From Eledone cirrhosa (Eukaryota), in contig OZ024741.1 in assembly GCA_964016885.1 (NCBI GenBank), positions 53,816,001 to 53,880,000 on the forward strand: a stretch of DNA of 64,000 nt, read 5' to 3'. Made by a program: the position numbers and the translations under genes. Shown here in pieces: positions 1 through 14,596 of this stretch. The stretch's first letter is position 1. Every line of letters begins with the position of its first letter. The notes beneath the pieces are model-generated. The model worked only from the letters and a program-made list of their open reading frames with translations. It was not told the DNA's origin and did no database searches.

Positions 1-42
1 ACACAAATACACACACATTTATATATGCATATATATATATAT

Positions 43-80
<38 letters not shown>

Positions 81-274
81 TTGAGAATGAAAGGGTGGGT
101 GATGAATGAATTCTGTCGACACTTAAATTGATAGACACATGCAGACATACTACATAATAGTTCTACTTTAAACTCTCCATTCTTCCACTTCACCGGCCTT
201 ACTCTCCTCTCTTACTTTATTACACTACTCAAAATTCCCATTTAATTACATTGAACTAAAGAATCATTCCATTA

Positions 275-1110
275 CTAACCACAAACACTATTACCACCAC
301 CAGCACCGACCAACAATACTACTACTACCACTACCACAGCAACCACCAAGACAACTACCACCACTACCACCACTACCACCAATACCACCAATACCACAGC
401 AACCACCAACACAACTACTACCACTATCACTAACACAATCACTACCACAACCACCACACCAACCACCACCAAATATCACCAATATCCACAATCAACCCTA
501 CAACTACGACCAACACCATCACTACATCACTACCACCACAACCACCACCAACCACCACCAACCACCATCACCCCAACCACCACCAACACAACCACCACCA
601 ACCACCACCAACACGCACTACCAACCACCACGAATTACCACCAACATGAGCAACGTCATCGTCACTAACTACAACCATCGCCCCAACCACCACCAACCAC
701 CACCAACACAACCATCACCACAACCACCACCCTAACCACCACCAACACAAGCACCAATACCACCGACCCGACCAACAACACTAACACGACCAACGTCATC
801 GTCACTAATCACAACCATCACTCCAGCCACCACCAACCACCACCAACACAACCACCACCACAACCACCACCCTAACCACCACCAACACAAGCACCAATAC
901 CACCGACCCGACCACCAACACTAACATGACCAACGCCATCGTCACTAACCACAACCATCACCCCAGCCACCACCAACCACCACCAACACAACCACCACCA
1001 CAACCACCACCCTAACCACCACCAACACAAGCACCAATACCACCGACCCGAACACCAACACTAACATGACCAACGCCATCGTCACTAACCACAACAACAT
1101 CGCCACCAAA
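275..1110. repeat. (ACC)-rich low-complexity tract containing a 140-bp tandem minisatellite (~3.2 copies)
   Basis: GTCACTAA restarts at 661, 801, 941 and 1081 with near-identical units; the period is not a multiple of 3. Confidence 0.9.
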
Positions 1111-1179
1111 TACAAAGAAATCATTTCACCTTCGAGTTGACCTAACTTTCTAATGCCCTCACAATTCTTGTCACTTCCG

Positions 1180-1390
1180 TTTCACATTGCAAACCTTCTG
1201 CCATCGTTTTTTCAATATGGCGTTCATTCGCTTTGTTGAAGAATTTCAAACTAATTGTTTCCACTGAGATTCTATAGAATTAGAGTTAATTCTATAGGAA
1301 TTCTGGTCAATGGCCATCCATCAGGATACTTCGAACCATTTCCTTTACATGGATTTCTTCGATTATTTTCATCAGCATGAAGTAACGTAT
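1180..1390 (-). pseudogene. Possible decayed Tc1/mariner transposase C-terminal remnant
   Basis: With frameshifts the minus strand gives LMD(W)P...NSIESQWKQL, resembling the Tc1 MDWPxxSPDLNPIENLW motif. Confidence 0.3.
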
Positions 1391-1618
1391 ACCACAGGGA
1401 AGATGTGTGTTTGTATGTGTTTTCTGTGTGTTGTGTGTGTGTATGTTACATGGGTATGTGTGCTGTTGTATGTGTGCGTTGTTTCGGTATGTAATGTGTG
1501 TGTAGGTGTGTATGTGTGTGTGTATGTGTGTGCGTGGAGGCGGGGGGGGTGAAACAGAGACAGAGACATAGACCAGAGCCAAGGATTACAAATATATATT
1601 TATGGGTCTTTTCCGCTA

Positions 1619-1650
<32 letters not shown>

Positions 1651-1651
1651 C

Positions 1652-1775
<124 letters not shown>

Positions 1776-2230
1776 TATATATATGTGTGTGTGTATATAT
1801 ATGTATATATATCAATCTCTCACTCTCTCTCTCTCGTTACACATATGTGCATGTGTGTGTGTGTGTGTGCGTGTGCATGTGTGTGTGTGTGTGTGCGTGT
1901 GTATGTGTGTATTTATGCGAACATATATTTTTGTATACAAGTGGGGGGGGGAGATAAACATTTCTAAAAGTCGACACAGTTGCGAATAGATAATGAATTT
2001 GTTATAATAATCTCTACTCTACCTCATTACAATATTATCAGTATTATCATTTACACAATCTATTCTCCGTATAGAGATGCAGTTAATCACATTTGTGTCC
2101 AATACTAATTTGATCGATCTCTGCATTTGGAGAGCCGATACATTACGGTGCATAAAGGAAGAGAGCATAAATAACTCGAGTTTGAAGACCGGTTTTAGAC
2201 TGTAATCATAAACGGAGGTATTCGAATGTG

Positions 2231-2340
<110 letters not shown>

Positions 2341-2401
2341 ATATATATATATAACACTTCGTTTTCAGTAACCACACAGCCTGCCTCTTCACCTGTATTT
2401 A

Positions 2402-2451
<50 letters not shown>

Positions 2452-2489
2452 TACATACATATATACCTGTGTGTGTGTGCGTATGTGTC

Positions 2490-2740
2490 TGATCAAAGTT
2501 AACAGAAATATCAAAGGAGACGACACATTGCAATGAAATAATATATTAGTTTAACACTTGATATAGTAGGAAAAGAGTGTTAACGTTTCGGATGCTAGTC
2601 ACTCATCAGACGACAGAATAAGAAATGACTAACGACAGAATGAGAAATAAAGATTAAATATAAAGGTAAAAAGGAAAAAAAGGAAGGAACGGAAACACAT
2701 TTTGAGAAAAATACACTTGTGTATTCAGTCAGACATTTTA
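2490..2740 (-). mobile_element. Short hammerhead-bearing repeat (family A; Penelope pLTR/retrozyme-like)
   Basis: Minus strand CTGATGA-GTGACTAGCATCC-GAAACGTTA; similar to 14880-15050 and 63110-63350. Confidence 0.65.
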
Positions 2741-2831
2741 GAGAAAAAAAATAATAAATCTGAAGACTAAAATCGAAAGAGGGCTCGATAAGGATAAATA
2801 TATATCAAATGTATAAGAACCATAGAGCAAA

Positions 2832-2944
<113 letters not shown>

Positions 2945-3075
2945 TCTGCCTCTATCTTTACTTCGGCCCTTGAAAAAATTGATTCCACTTCATTTACTCT
3001 CATCTCGGGAACAGTTTTGGATAGCGCTAGTTCGTAATTTAAATTCAAGAATTTTATATTCTTCGAATGAAAAGA

Positions 3076-3158
3076 ACCTTCTGACGAGAATCTTTCTTTG
3101 CAACGAAGGCCGTATGGTCTCCGTTTATTTTTGGGATTCGAAACCGATCGGTAAAGGT
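3076..3158 (+). ncRNA. Type I hammerhead ribozyme with long stem II
   Basis: ACCTT-CTGACGA-GAATC...GATTC-GAA-ACCGATCGGT-A/AAGGT: intact core, 5-bp stem I, 5-bp stem II base, palindromic stem III, GUA cleavage triplet at 3151-3153. Confidence 0.8.
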
Positions 3159-3351
3159 AACTATAGTAGGTAAAGTTAATTTTTTAAAATTTATTTTGAA
3201 ACTTTTTCATTATTTGCTAAACCTTGTTTATATACGTATATATATGTATATATATACACGTGTTTTTTTATGCCTGTGTGTATGTGCATATTAAATACAC
3301 ATACATATGGGTGTGTGTGTCTGTTTACATACATACATGGACACACAAACA

Positions 3352-3665
3352 TGGTTTATTGGTTAGAGCGTTCGATTCACAGCCATGAGTTTGATCCCTC
3401 AATCGGCCAGTGTGTTGTCTCTTTGAGCATGACACTTATTTCAGGCTGCTCCAGTTTATTCAACAGAAAAAATGTTGCCAAACTATATATGGTATTGCCT
3501 TTCCCTTGGCCAACATCGGTGGCGTGGAGAGCAGGGAGACTGGCTTGAACCGGGGAGCGGTGGTCTTTCACAAAAACACCTTGCCCGGTCTTGTTGACTC
3601 AGAAGGGAACTTACTGCAAAAGCCATGATCATTCTTGACCGAAGGCTGCGTGTTACACTTTTTAA
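3352..3665 (+). mobile_element. tRNA-derived SINE, second family (CORE-like centre)
   Basis: A-box TGGTTAGAGCG, B-box-like GAGTTTGATCCC, central TTGAGCATGACACTT; related to 15830-15955. Confidence 0.6.
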
Positions 3666-3699
3666 AGTATATATATATATATATATATATATGTGCGTG

Positions 3700-3774
<75 letters not shown>

Positions 3775-4154
3775 GTTTGTGTGTATGTGTATGTGAACGA
3801 TGCACATTTAGTTATCTTATCAACTGAAGAGGTTGCTAATAAAATAAAGTGTATATCGTTGAGTATTCCACAATCATGTTTACTCTTAAATTATTCTCGC
3901 GCAGAATCGGTATAAAAATTTGTGACAAAACTGGATATTTCAATTACAGCCTCAATCTAGCAATCAGCTAAATGGAATCTGGACTTCTCCTCAAAGCGAA
4001 TATCAGTCCAAGTATATATATATATATTCACCAGCATACACAAACTAACCCACCAAAATACTACTTCTCAAACAACACGATAAATAGACCAATGAAATCA
4101 ATGAAGCACACGAAAAAGCCGCCCTGCCAGCCAGCCAGTCTCTCCTCAACTCGC

Positions 4155-4174
4155 TGACTCAGAGGTCACGTGAC
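4155..4174. promoter_or_regulatory. Adjacent AP-1 (TGACTCA) and palindromic E-box (GTCACGTGAC) motifs
   Basis: Exact motifs at 4155-4161 and 4165-4174 in unique sequence; function untested. Confidence 0.3.
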
Positions 4175-4633
4175 ACATAGGGCAGGTTAACCTTCTCCGC
4201 CATTGCAGTTATACAAACAGTTGTTGCATATGTTCATATGGTGAGCAGAAGATTGCGAGAGAAAGAAAGAAAGACAGAGTAAGCTAATGAGGTGGAGATA
4301 AAGAGTGTGTGAGTTATTCGATAGAGAGATAGATAATGAGGTATATACATAGATAAATATATAGTGAGAGAGGTAATGAGAGAGAGTGGTGGTGAGAGAG
4401 AAATAGAGTGTGATGTAATAAAATAGAGATGGCTAGATAAATATATAATGACAGGGGTTGTGATAGAGATGGGAAGAAACATGGAAGAGAAGACAACGAT
4501 AAGGAAATAGTGAGGGGGATATGAGAGAGGGGTAAAAGAGGAATATGGCAGAAGAGAACAATAGAGTGAAAGATATATATATGGGGAGAGTTGTAACCAT
4601 GAGAAGAGAGATAGAAAAAAGTGGTATAGTGGG

Positions 4634-4664
<31 letters not shown>

Positions 4665-4672
4665 GAGAGAGG

Positions 4673-4775
<103 letters not shown>

Positions 4776-4860
4776 TAAAAAAAGATAAAGCGATACAGGG
4801 AGATAGAAAGACAGAAGAGCAGAGGTGAAAAATAAGTAGAGAGAGAGAGTGAGGGAGAGA

Positions 4861-4939
<79 letters not shown>

Positions 4940-5536
4940 CATTAAAAGAGTAAATAGAGAGATAAAGAAAGAAACAGGAGAGAGACGGGTGTAGAGGGAA
5001 CTAAGAGAGTAATTGAAATACAATTTTAAGTAGTGAAAAATATTACGACAGTCGTAAAATGGTTGTGAATGATTATTCGGATGATAGCATGTATATGTTA
5101 TTGGCAATGTGTATATGTGAGTGTGTATGTGTATGTTATTTGTAGTGTATATGTGCGATTGTGTGTGTGTATGTAAGTGTTGATGTGTGCACCCAGTTAG
5201 TAGCGAGTATATGTGAGTGTGTGTGTGTATGTGTTAGCGTGTGTTGAGGTATGTGATGTGTATGAAATGCAATCATGATGACGATGTGTATATAGCTGAA
5301 TCAATGGATATACAGTCGGTGTACGACCATTGCCTGAATGTTCGTAGGTTTGTCTCACAATGTATATGTAGGCGTTATGTATATATATATATATAGGTGT
5401 GTATGTGAGTGTGTTGTGTAGGAGAATATTGTATGTATGTACACACACATACACAGACACACATATATATATATATATATATATGCGTATATATGTATAT
5501 GTATATATATATAAACGGAAAAATGAAACGAAATTA

Positions 5537-5696
<160 letters not shown>

Positions 5697-5744
5697 GGTG
5701 TGATATATATATCCATTCACATGAATGTGTACGTATGTATGCAT

Positions 5745-5780
<36 letters not shown>

Positions 5781-5825
5781 GCATACATACGTACACATTC
5801 ATGTGAATGGATATATATATCACGC

Positions 5826-5865
<40 letters not shown>

Positions 5866-5913
5866 ATGTATATATACATATATAGAGAGAGAGAAATAGA
5901 TAGACACACACAA

Positions 5914-6014
<101 letters not shown>

Positions 6015-6192
6015 TGGGAGATAGAAAGTGAGACAGGAAGGGAAAAAGATAGAAGGCAGACAGAGTAGATAAAAATGCAAGGGAAGGCGGGATTACGATA
6101 AAGAGAGTGGTTAGTTGTGTATGTTATGGAGAGAATATAATATACATATATGTATATATACATATATATAGTTGTGTGTATATATAAACAAG

Positions 6193-6250
<58 letters not shown>

Positions 6251-6251
6251 G

Positions 6252-6283
<32 letters not shown>

Positions 6284-7421
6284 TACATGTATACATATAT
6301 ATCCATACATATACATACGTACATACACACACAGACACACATATATATATATATATAAGTATATCTTTACATACATTTATATATGCACATATATGTATAC
6401 ATACATACATGCATAAATACATACATAAATATACACATACATACACACACACATAATACATACATACTCACATACATACATTTAAGCATGCAGATATTCG
6501 CACGTACACACAGACCGGCAACGAAAGTGATTATTCACTTATACACCGAAAATAAACGTCCCTCCGGGGAGAATATTTGCATGAAACAGCCAACAATCAA
6601 AGTACACTAAAGAGTTCCATGATGGTGGAACTTGATGCCTGATACATAGATCGATCACTCTATTGTTTATGCCTGTGTATTTTTACATTTATCTTCTTTC
6701 TTTCTTGTCCTTTCATATATATTTTTGCTGTATTTGTCGTTCTTATTGGCATTGTTGTTGACGTTTTTTGTCATTGTTGTTGTTTTGCTGTTGCTGTTGT
6801 TGTTGTTCTTGTTGTTGTTTTTGTTGTTGCCTTTGTTCTTGTCGTGATTGGTATTGTTGTTGTTGTTGTTGTTGTTGTTGCTGCTGACGCTGTTGTCGTT
6901 GTTGTGGTTGTTTCTGCGGTTGCCTTTGTTATTGTCATTGTTGTTTGTGTCATTATTATTGCCGTTCTTGTTGTTGTTGTTGTGTTTGTCGATGATGATG
7001 TTATTGCTTTCGTGTTGTTGTCATTATTGTTGTTGTTATTGTTGTTGTCATTGCTGTTGAGGTTGATGCTGTCATTACTGTTTTCGTTGTTGCTTTTGTT
7101 TTTTTGTTGGATTGGGTTGGGGCAGTATTGTTGTTGTTGCTTTTAGCTTTGTATTTTTATTTATAATTTATTTCAAGCAAGTAACCAACCCAACATAACC
7201 CTCTCTTATTTCCTCATTGTTTCGCATTGTCTGCAAATTCTACAGGGTATGTGTGTGCATGTGTTGGAGAATTTCTACAAATACATTCTTACATCCGTCC
7301 ATTCATCCATCCAGCCATACATACATGCATACATCCAACCATATACAAATACATATATAAATTACATACATATATACATATATACATACATATACAAATA
7401 CACTTGAATACATATGTGGAT

Positions 7422-7529
<108 letters not shown>

Positions 7530-7867
7530 CACACATATATATATATATATGTGTGCATGATATGTGTGTAATGTTCGGTATTCTAATGAAACCAGATTGC
7601 ATAACAATGGTGATATGTGACATGGGAGAGAGCAGGTAAGACCAAACATTGGTTGGAATGATGGATGAATATTTGGCAAGTCTGTAAAATGGTTGAATGG
7701 AATACTGAGTCACCTGAAGGAAGACAGAAGAAGGATGTATCTGTAAATAGATTCTATAAAAACAAATACATTAAAATTATGTGTTATGTCATACAAACTA
7801 TGTTTTCCTTTCTTTCTCTCTTCTTTTTTTATTTGAGCCAGGCATCTTCCATTCTCCGGCTCAAACT

Positions 7868-7967
<100 letters not shown>

Positions 7968-8078
7968 TATATATATATATATATAATTTTGTAGAGTTCC
8001 ATGGACAGGAATAGGGAAATTAATAAACGTTTATGTATGTATATGTATATATATATGTGTGTGTGTATATATATATAA

Positions 8079-8109
<31 letters not shown>

Positions 8110-8206
8110 AAGAGAAAGAGGGGGAAAATAAAAGTGGGAATTCTGTACAATTCGTGTTATATAGAAAAATAATACTCGACTGTGTTTTTATTCATTATAT
8201 AAACAC

Positions 8207-8248
<42 letters not shown>

Positions 8249-8277
8249 TACACTATAAAACGATTCATATAAAAAAT

Positions 8278-8448
8278 AATTGCTTCTACTTTAGGCACAA
8301 GGCCAGCAATTACCCAGTGCATTACTGGTACTTTATTTTATCAACCCCGTAAGGAGGAAAAGCAAAGTCAACCTCGGCGGGATTTGAACTCAGATCGTAA
8401 AGGGACATAACTATGCTGGAAAGCATGGCGTCCGACCCTCCACCGATA
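8278..8448 (-). mobile_element. tRNA-derived SINE, main family
   Basis: Reverse complement of GAGTTCAAATCCCGCCGAGGTT...CCTTACGGGG..GATAAAATAAAGTACCAG...GGCCTTGTGCC. Confidence 0.9.
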
Positions 8449-8559
8449 AATAATAACTTTTGTACTTACATGATTCGCTTAAACTTCATTTGAAATGTTT
8501 TTTTTCACGTCTAATTTTCTAAGTTTCCATTTGTAATGTCAGTTACGTTGTGACAACAA

Positions 8560-9010
8560 CGAACACAACTGTATGTATCTTTTATGTCAAGGAAAAATAC
8601 AATCTTTATGTCAAGGAAAAATACAATCTTTACAAGAGACGTAACTTTGGTCTGACCAGCATTAAACATTATGTGGGCAAAGAGTTCAGCTTTGGCCTAA
8701 ACTTTTCTATAAAATCTTTTGATAACCTCTCTTCAGTAATCGTGTGGAATGTTTATATACAATTTCACACCATCCAATGTAATAATGTAAGTGTTTTGGT
8801 TTAGTTCATTTGGCAAATGGTTGAATATATCTAGATTATCTTGTATGAAGCTCCGGATGTGAATGGGGCGAGGTTTTAATAAATGTCTGCGGAAATACTC
8901 AGGCGGATCTATCCCAGTTCTCAAGTACAGCATCAATAGGGGCGTAAGAAGACCACTTGAAGTTATGATGTGCCGGAATACAATGCTGGCGAAATATGTC
9001 CAACTGCCTG
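8560..9010 (-). pseudogene. Decayed Penelope-like reverse transcriptase fragment
   Basis: ORF 8733-8936: HIRSFIQDNLDIFNHLP...ITLDGVKLYINIPHDY resembles the PLE RT SYIxD...LVTLDVxSLYTNIPH region. Confidence 0.7.
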
Positions 9011-9921
9011 ATGTGATGCATCAGTATAACAAGGCATGTAAAACAAATGCACAGACAGCTTAAAATAAAAGAATTATTTAAACTTTTATTCTTTTATTTT
9101 ATTTCATTTCATCTTATCTATCTATTTTATCTATTTATTATTTATCTGCTAAAACCTATGGTTGCTATGGCTCTTGCAGCTTCATTTCTTTCTTTTCTTT
9201 TTTTTTTTGTCAGAAGGGCACACTGAAAAGCCCGTGGGTGATACAGCTACCGATCATATTGCAGCTGATTGTCATTAGGTAGATAAATGCATACATAGAA
9301 ACATACATACATGCATAACTTCATAGATCTCACATACATACACACAGCCCCCCCCCCCCCACACACACACAAATATACATATACAGATAGAGAAACACAT
9401 CGTGGATTGTTTGGCTGGAAGCTATAACGGCTATTATATCACTTATACAGAAAACTGTATGAGAAAATATCAACAAATTTGACTCTTGACTCTTGTTCCG
9501 AAAACCCGTAACATGTCTAATTTTTTTTTTTTTTTTTGTGAACTTTAAAACAAACCATCCTAGTGCATAATCATTTGCAATTGATGATAGAACCCATGTG
9601 ATTTGTTGAAAGCTCACCAAACCAAATATAAAAGGTTATCAGTCATTTCGGTAGAGCCTGTTGTTGTATATAGTTGAGGAAATAGGGCGCTTGAACGTAA
9701 GCTTTTTTCCGATATGGAATTTAGTATAACTTTACATATCAACACCTTTACCCGAAACACGCCCCTTCCACACACACACACGCACACTCGTATATATATT
9801 TATTTATATATATATATATGCCCATATATATACATATATATATATGTATATATATATGAGTGTGTGTGTGTGTATATATAATTATATATATATATATAAT
9901 TATATATACACACACACACTC

Positions 9922-9990
<69 letters not shown>

Positions 9991-10004
9991 TTTATATATG
10001 TATG

Positions 10005-10040
<36 letters not shown>

Positions 10041-10076
10041 TATATATATATATATATTCATATATGTATATATATG

Positions 10077-10163
10077 TTAAGACCTTCCTGCTATATCCAA
10101 CGTTAACCTAGAATATCCCTTCCATATACTGTACCGATTGTGTTGTTATTTCTGTTTATCTTT

Positions 10164-10167
<4 letters not shown>
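10077..10167 (+). mobile_element. Family A 3' fragment
   Basis: Closely matches 14957-15050; a shorter copy lies at 11364-11404; both end in (TA)n. Confidence 0.7.
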
Positions 10168-10203
<36 letters not shown>

Positions 10204-10258
10204 TACACGGGTGTGTATGATTGTGTATAGAAGATTATATTAATAAAAGGAATTCCAA

Positions 10259-10349
<91 letters not shown>

Positions 10350-11432
10350 ATACGCATATATATAGTGGCTGGTGCAGAACTTCAGCAGTCTCTGTCATAA
10401 GTGTTGAGGCATAAGACAAGCTGGTGATGTTTCATGTGATGTTTAACATCACCGACGGTTTCTGGATAGCGTACGCTCCATGTAAGATATATAATGTGGT
10501 ATATCTCTTTCATACATAAATTACGCAGGATTGAACTATTATTTTATCGCTTGGTTTTATCGACATTTCACCATCTGATATTGTAGTATTTCTACTATCC
10601 TTCTTTTTCTAAATATACTTCAAGGGCCACGAAGTATTTTCATTTATTTGCTCTATGAAAGCGTTTAGCGGAATTTGGTTGCTGGTATAATCAGCTCTAA
10701 AATGAGTTTTCAGATGTTATGGCCTGTTAATACATGATGTGCCTATTTATGCACTGGATATCAAAAGGACTGGAATCAGTGGTTCGACAGTTACTGCTGT
10801 CTTCTATTTTGGGTGTGTTGGTTTCAATGATTTTGTGATAATGGAATGAAAATGAATTTCCTTATCAAAATATTTGTACAAGAAGAGATTTTTATGTGTT
10901 TTCTTTTTGAATGGTGCATAAAGTTTATTGTCGTTGTGGAGAACCGTTCGTAAATTAAGGAAAGGAAATGTGTCTGGATGGCATAGTATAATGTTCTTGC
11001 TGAACGCAAGGTTGAACCATTCCGTATTTCTCTCACCAGTACAGTATTATTTCGTAGCTTAAGATGCAGGGGAGGGTATATATTATTTGTATTTTGTTTT
11101 GTTTTTGATGTAACAGCGTCACTGGTTGGTAAAGAAGTACACAAATTATTCTCTTTGATGTAAAAAAATTATTTTTGTGTTCGTGCTATACACATGACAT
11201 GCATATAAAATCAAAACACATTAGGTGCTTTTTTTCATATATTTATCACTTTCTAGACACACACACACGTACGCACACACACACACATATATATATATAT
11301 TAATGCATAGATAGATACTGTCATATATATATATATGTTATATATATATATATATATATATTTATACTGTACCGATTGTGTTGTTATTTCTGTTTACCTT
11401 TTACATACATATATATATATACGCATTATATA

Positions 11433-11470
<38 letters not shown>

Positions 11471-11664
11471 GGGGGGGGGGGGGGGGTATGTATATATATC
11501 TTTAATAAGACCCGCACTAACCGAAGGGAAGATCGCAGTAGAGTACTTTAAAATACAGAAACTTTACAAGCATTACACCCTATGGGTAAATTCCTTGTTA
11601 AGCGACATAAAGCTTGAGGGCTTAACAAATATATATATATATATGCATTATATATATGCATATA

Positions 11665-11750
<86 letters not shown>

Positions 11751-11755
<5 letters not shown>

Positions 11756-11854
11756 TGTGTCCCCAAAATATATACACTTGATTTGATTACTTGTACAGGC
11801 AATATTTATTTTAATGCTGTTGAAGTGTGTATACATTTGTTTGGGACACCCTTA
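11751..11854. mobile_element. ~100-bp Tc1/mariner-type MITE
   Basis: TIRs CAGTGTGTCCC.../...GGGACACCCT with TA flanks; second copy at 21048-21152. Confidence 0.8.
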
Positions 11855-12191
11855 TGTATATATGCAGACTATAGCTTTTCTTAACAGTTTGTTGCGCCAA
11901 TGGACGACTCCGGGCAGAATATAGTAAAACCTAAGAGTGGCTGAAAATAATTCCTGGTTTTCATAATCGGCTTTCAAATGAATTTTAAATTGTTGTGGTC
12001 TGATAAATGATGCATTTATTCATGCACTGTTTACTACAGCTATTTTTAATCTGGGTTGTGAAAACAAAGCGCGAGAATAAAAGCTAGATTCATCATCTTA
12101 TTGGTTCCCAGTTCAAATACAACAATTTATTTGTATTTAATGAAAGAAAAAAAATATCATAAATGTGATGTTTATAGCGAAGGAATTTGAA

Positions 12192-12192
<1 letters not shown>

Positions 12193-12222
<30 letters not shown>

Positions 12223-13143
12223 CTTCTTCTTCTTCTTCTTCTTCTTCTTCTTCTTCTTCTTCTTCTTCTGTGTCCTGTCAGAAGCAAGCATCTTCAATTG
12301 ATCCGGCTGGATCCGAAAACGAGATCAACCAAGCCCACTGATGTTATCCAAACATCATGCTCGCTTTCTATCTCTGGGACTCCTGTCGGTTGATTTTGCC
12401 CGTAAAACTGTCCACCTATTCATTACTGAGACATTCTAACCAGATGCCCGTAATATCAGAGCTATGATCTCTCAATTCAGAGAAGTAGCGGTTCTACTTG
12501 AAGTGACCCTCTAATGTTCGAGCTACACATTCTATCGAATAATTGCATCGCAAAGACCCTTCGGAGGTGCCCCGTTTCTGCCGTTTGTCTTCGCATTTAT
12601 ATCTCTCGGTTATTACGCATGATTCATGACCATAGATAATGGTTGGCGGGAAAATCGAATTGAAGATAGCGAGTTTGGCTTTTACACTGTCTTCCCCTCT
12701 TCGGATTATCGAATGTTGAACATGGCATATTGCTGCACCAGCTCCTGCAATTATTGCACTTAATTCAGCCTCCTGCCTTCTATCACTTGTGAACACGGCC
12801 CCGAGATACTTGAATGTCTCCACCTGCATCAGTGGAATTCCATTCACAATTAGAGTGACTGCACAGGCTTCCTTGAGATGCGATTTTCTCCGTTTTCGTA
12901 AGCAGTGATTTTCATTCCAGCCGTGCAACACTCGGCATCAAACTTATCAAGTGAATGTCGGAGATCCGCGTATGAGGAATTAAGTATGTCGTCTGCAAAT
13001 TCAATCCCACTGATCTTACATCCGCCAGGATTGATACCAATGCCAACACGGCTGTGCATTTCAATCCTTTTCATGAAGGTTGTGAACAGGAGAGATGACA
13101 GTACGCACCCTTGACGGAGTCCGATTCCCACATTGAATGGTTT
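12193..13143 (-). mobile_element. 5'-truncated, decayed RTE-clade LINE with (GAA)n tail
   Basis: GLRQGCVLSSLLF, EFADDI and FKYLG motifs on the minus strand; (CTT)n at 12193-12268. Confidence 0.85.
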
Positions 13144-13268
13144 ATTCTTGTTTCATGAACCCCGAAAATGCATATGGCCGCGTTCCACTGAACCTGCAGT
13201 GAAATGTTCTGCAGGAGTACGGGATCGACGGACAGCTTTTTGTTGCCCTGATGTCTCTATGCGATTGC
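13139..13268 (+). mobile_element. Inverted 5' segment of the same RTE LINE
   Basis: + strand reads YSCFMNPENAYGRVP...VLQEYGIDGQL, matching the RT CFVDLEKAYDRVP motif. Confidence 0.75.
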
Positions 13269-14386
13269 CTTAGTATTTGAGTTAGGATAAATGGGACTAA
13301 ATCAAATAATTGTGTTGAGTTGATGTTAGTGATTATTGCATGAATCGAAAAATATATATTCAAAACATACTTAGAAATGAATAAAACGTTATCTATCAAA
13401 TTAATGGAAAATAAATTGTCATAATTCAGTTTTATTATGGCCTCATCTCTGAAGCGTAATCTTCACCGTAGCTACTGAAGAAAGGATGACTGAATCACTA
13501 AATATTTAAATTTGCAGTTACTTCTTTATTCATATATAAATGCATAACTCTTCATTTTTTAATTTTATTTGCCAAGGAACGATGGTATGGGCCTATAAAC
13601 CTAGTGAGCCTCACAGTCACTTAGGATGAAGGGATGAAGTTATTCTTAGACAAAAGTCCTGGCTTAATTTCTTACACAATGAAAGGCACCAGTACAGTTT
13701 ATATATATATATATACATATATGTGTGTGTGTATGTGTATGTGTATGTGTGGGTGGGTGTGTGTATGTGTGTGTGTGTGTGTGAGTGCGTGTGTGTGCTA
13801 CAAATTCAAAAAGGTGGTGAGCAGGACAAAGTGTTGGTAGATGAACAATCAGGGCATTATATTCAACACTCTAACTGCTAGATCTCGAAGTTTCCTGAGG
13901 TAAGCACTCAACCACCTGAGGCATTCCAGATTACATCTGGTAGCCCAGACAGTGTATATACAGTGAGGAATAAGTATGTATAATGGGTCTTTACGTCAAA
14001 GTGTTCGTAAATATTCCATTACAAATGTTTCCATGGATTTGACGACTATGCAGCGTGTTGGTTCCATAGCATCAATTCCGCCTGTTCAGGTGGTCTTCCG
14101 AACATTGTTTTATCCACATCTGGTTCCCTGGAGAACCCTAAGTGGAGGGATAGTAGATAGTAGAAAATTCTCCTCGCTCTCAATAGCAGTTCCCCTATAA
14201 ACGAGGTGATAATGGATATTGTTTAATGTCTGTTCTTACACGGAAACTGCGCAATTTGACGACTACAAACTGGAAGAGATCTAATTCCTCCCACCTACAC
14301 AATTTTAGAGCGGGTTAAGGGTTGGGATATATGGATGTTATTGAAAGGATAACAATGACGATTGATTACTCCTTCATTGCATTTAT

Positions 14387-14596
<210 letters not shown>

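Noticed and set aside
640-1100. Mucin-like Thr-rich exon
   Set aside because: The 140-bp period breaks frame and there is no splice support
10365-11150. Unique-looking blocks (also 13880-14330 and 39240-39640) as exons or transposases
   Set aside because: No recognisable motif in the frames read; a translated database search would be needed
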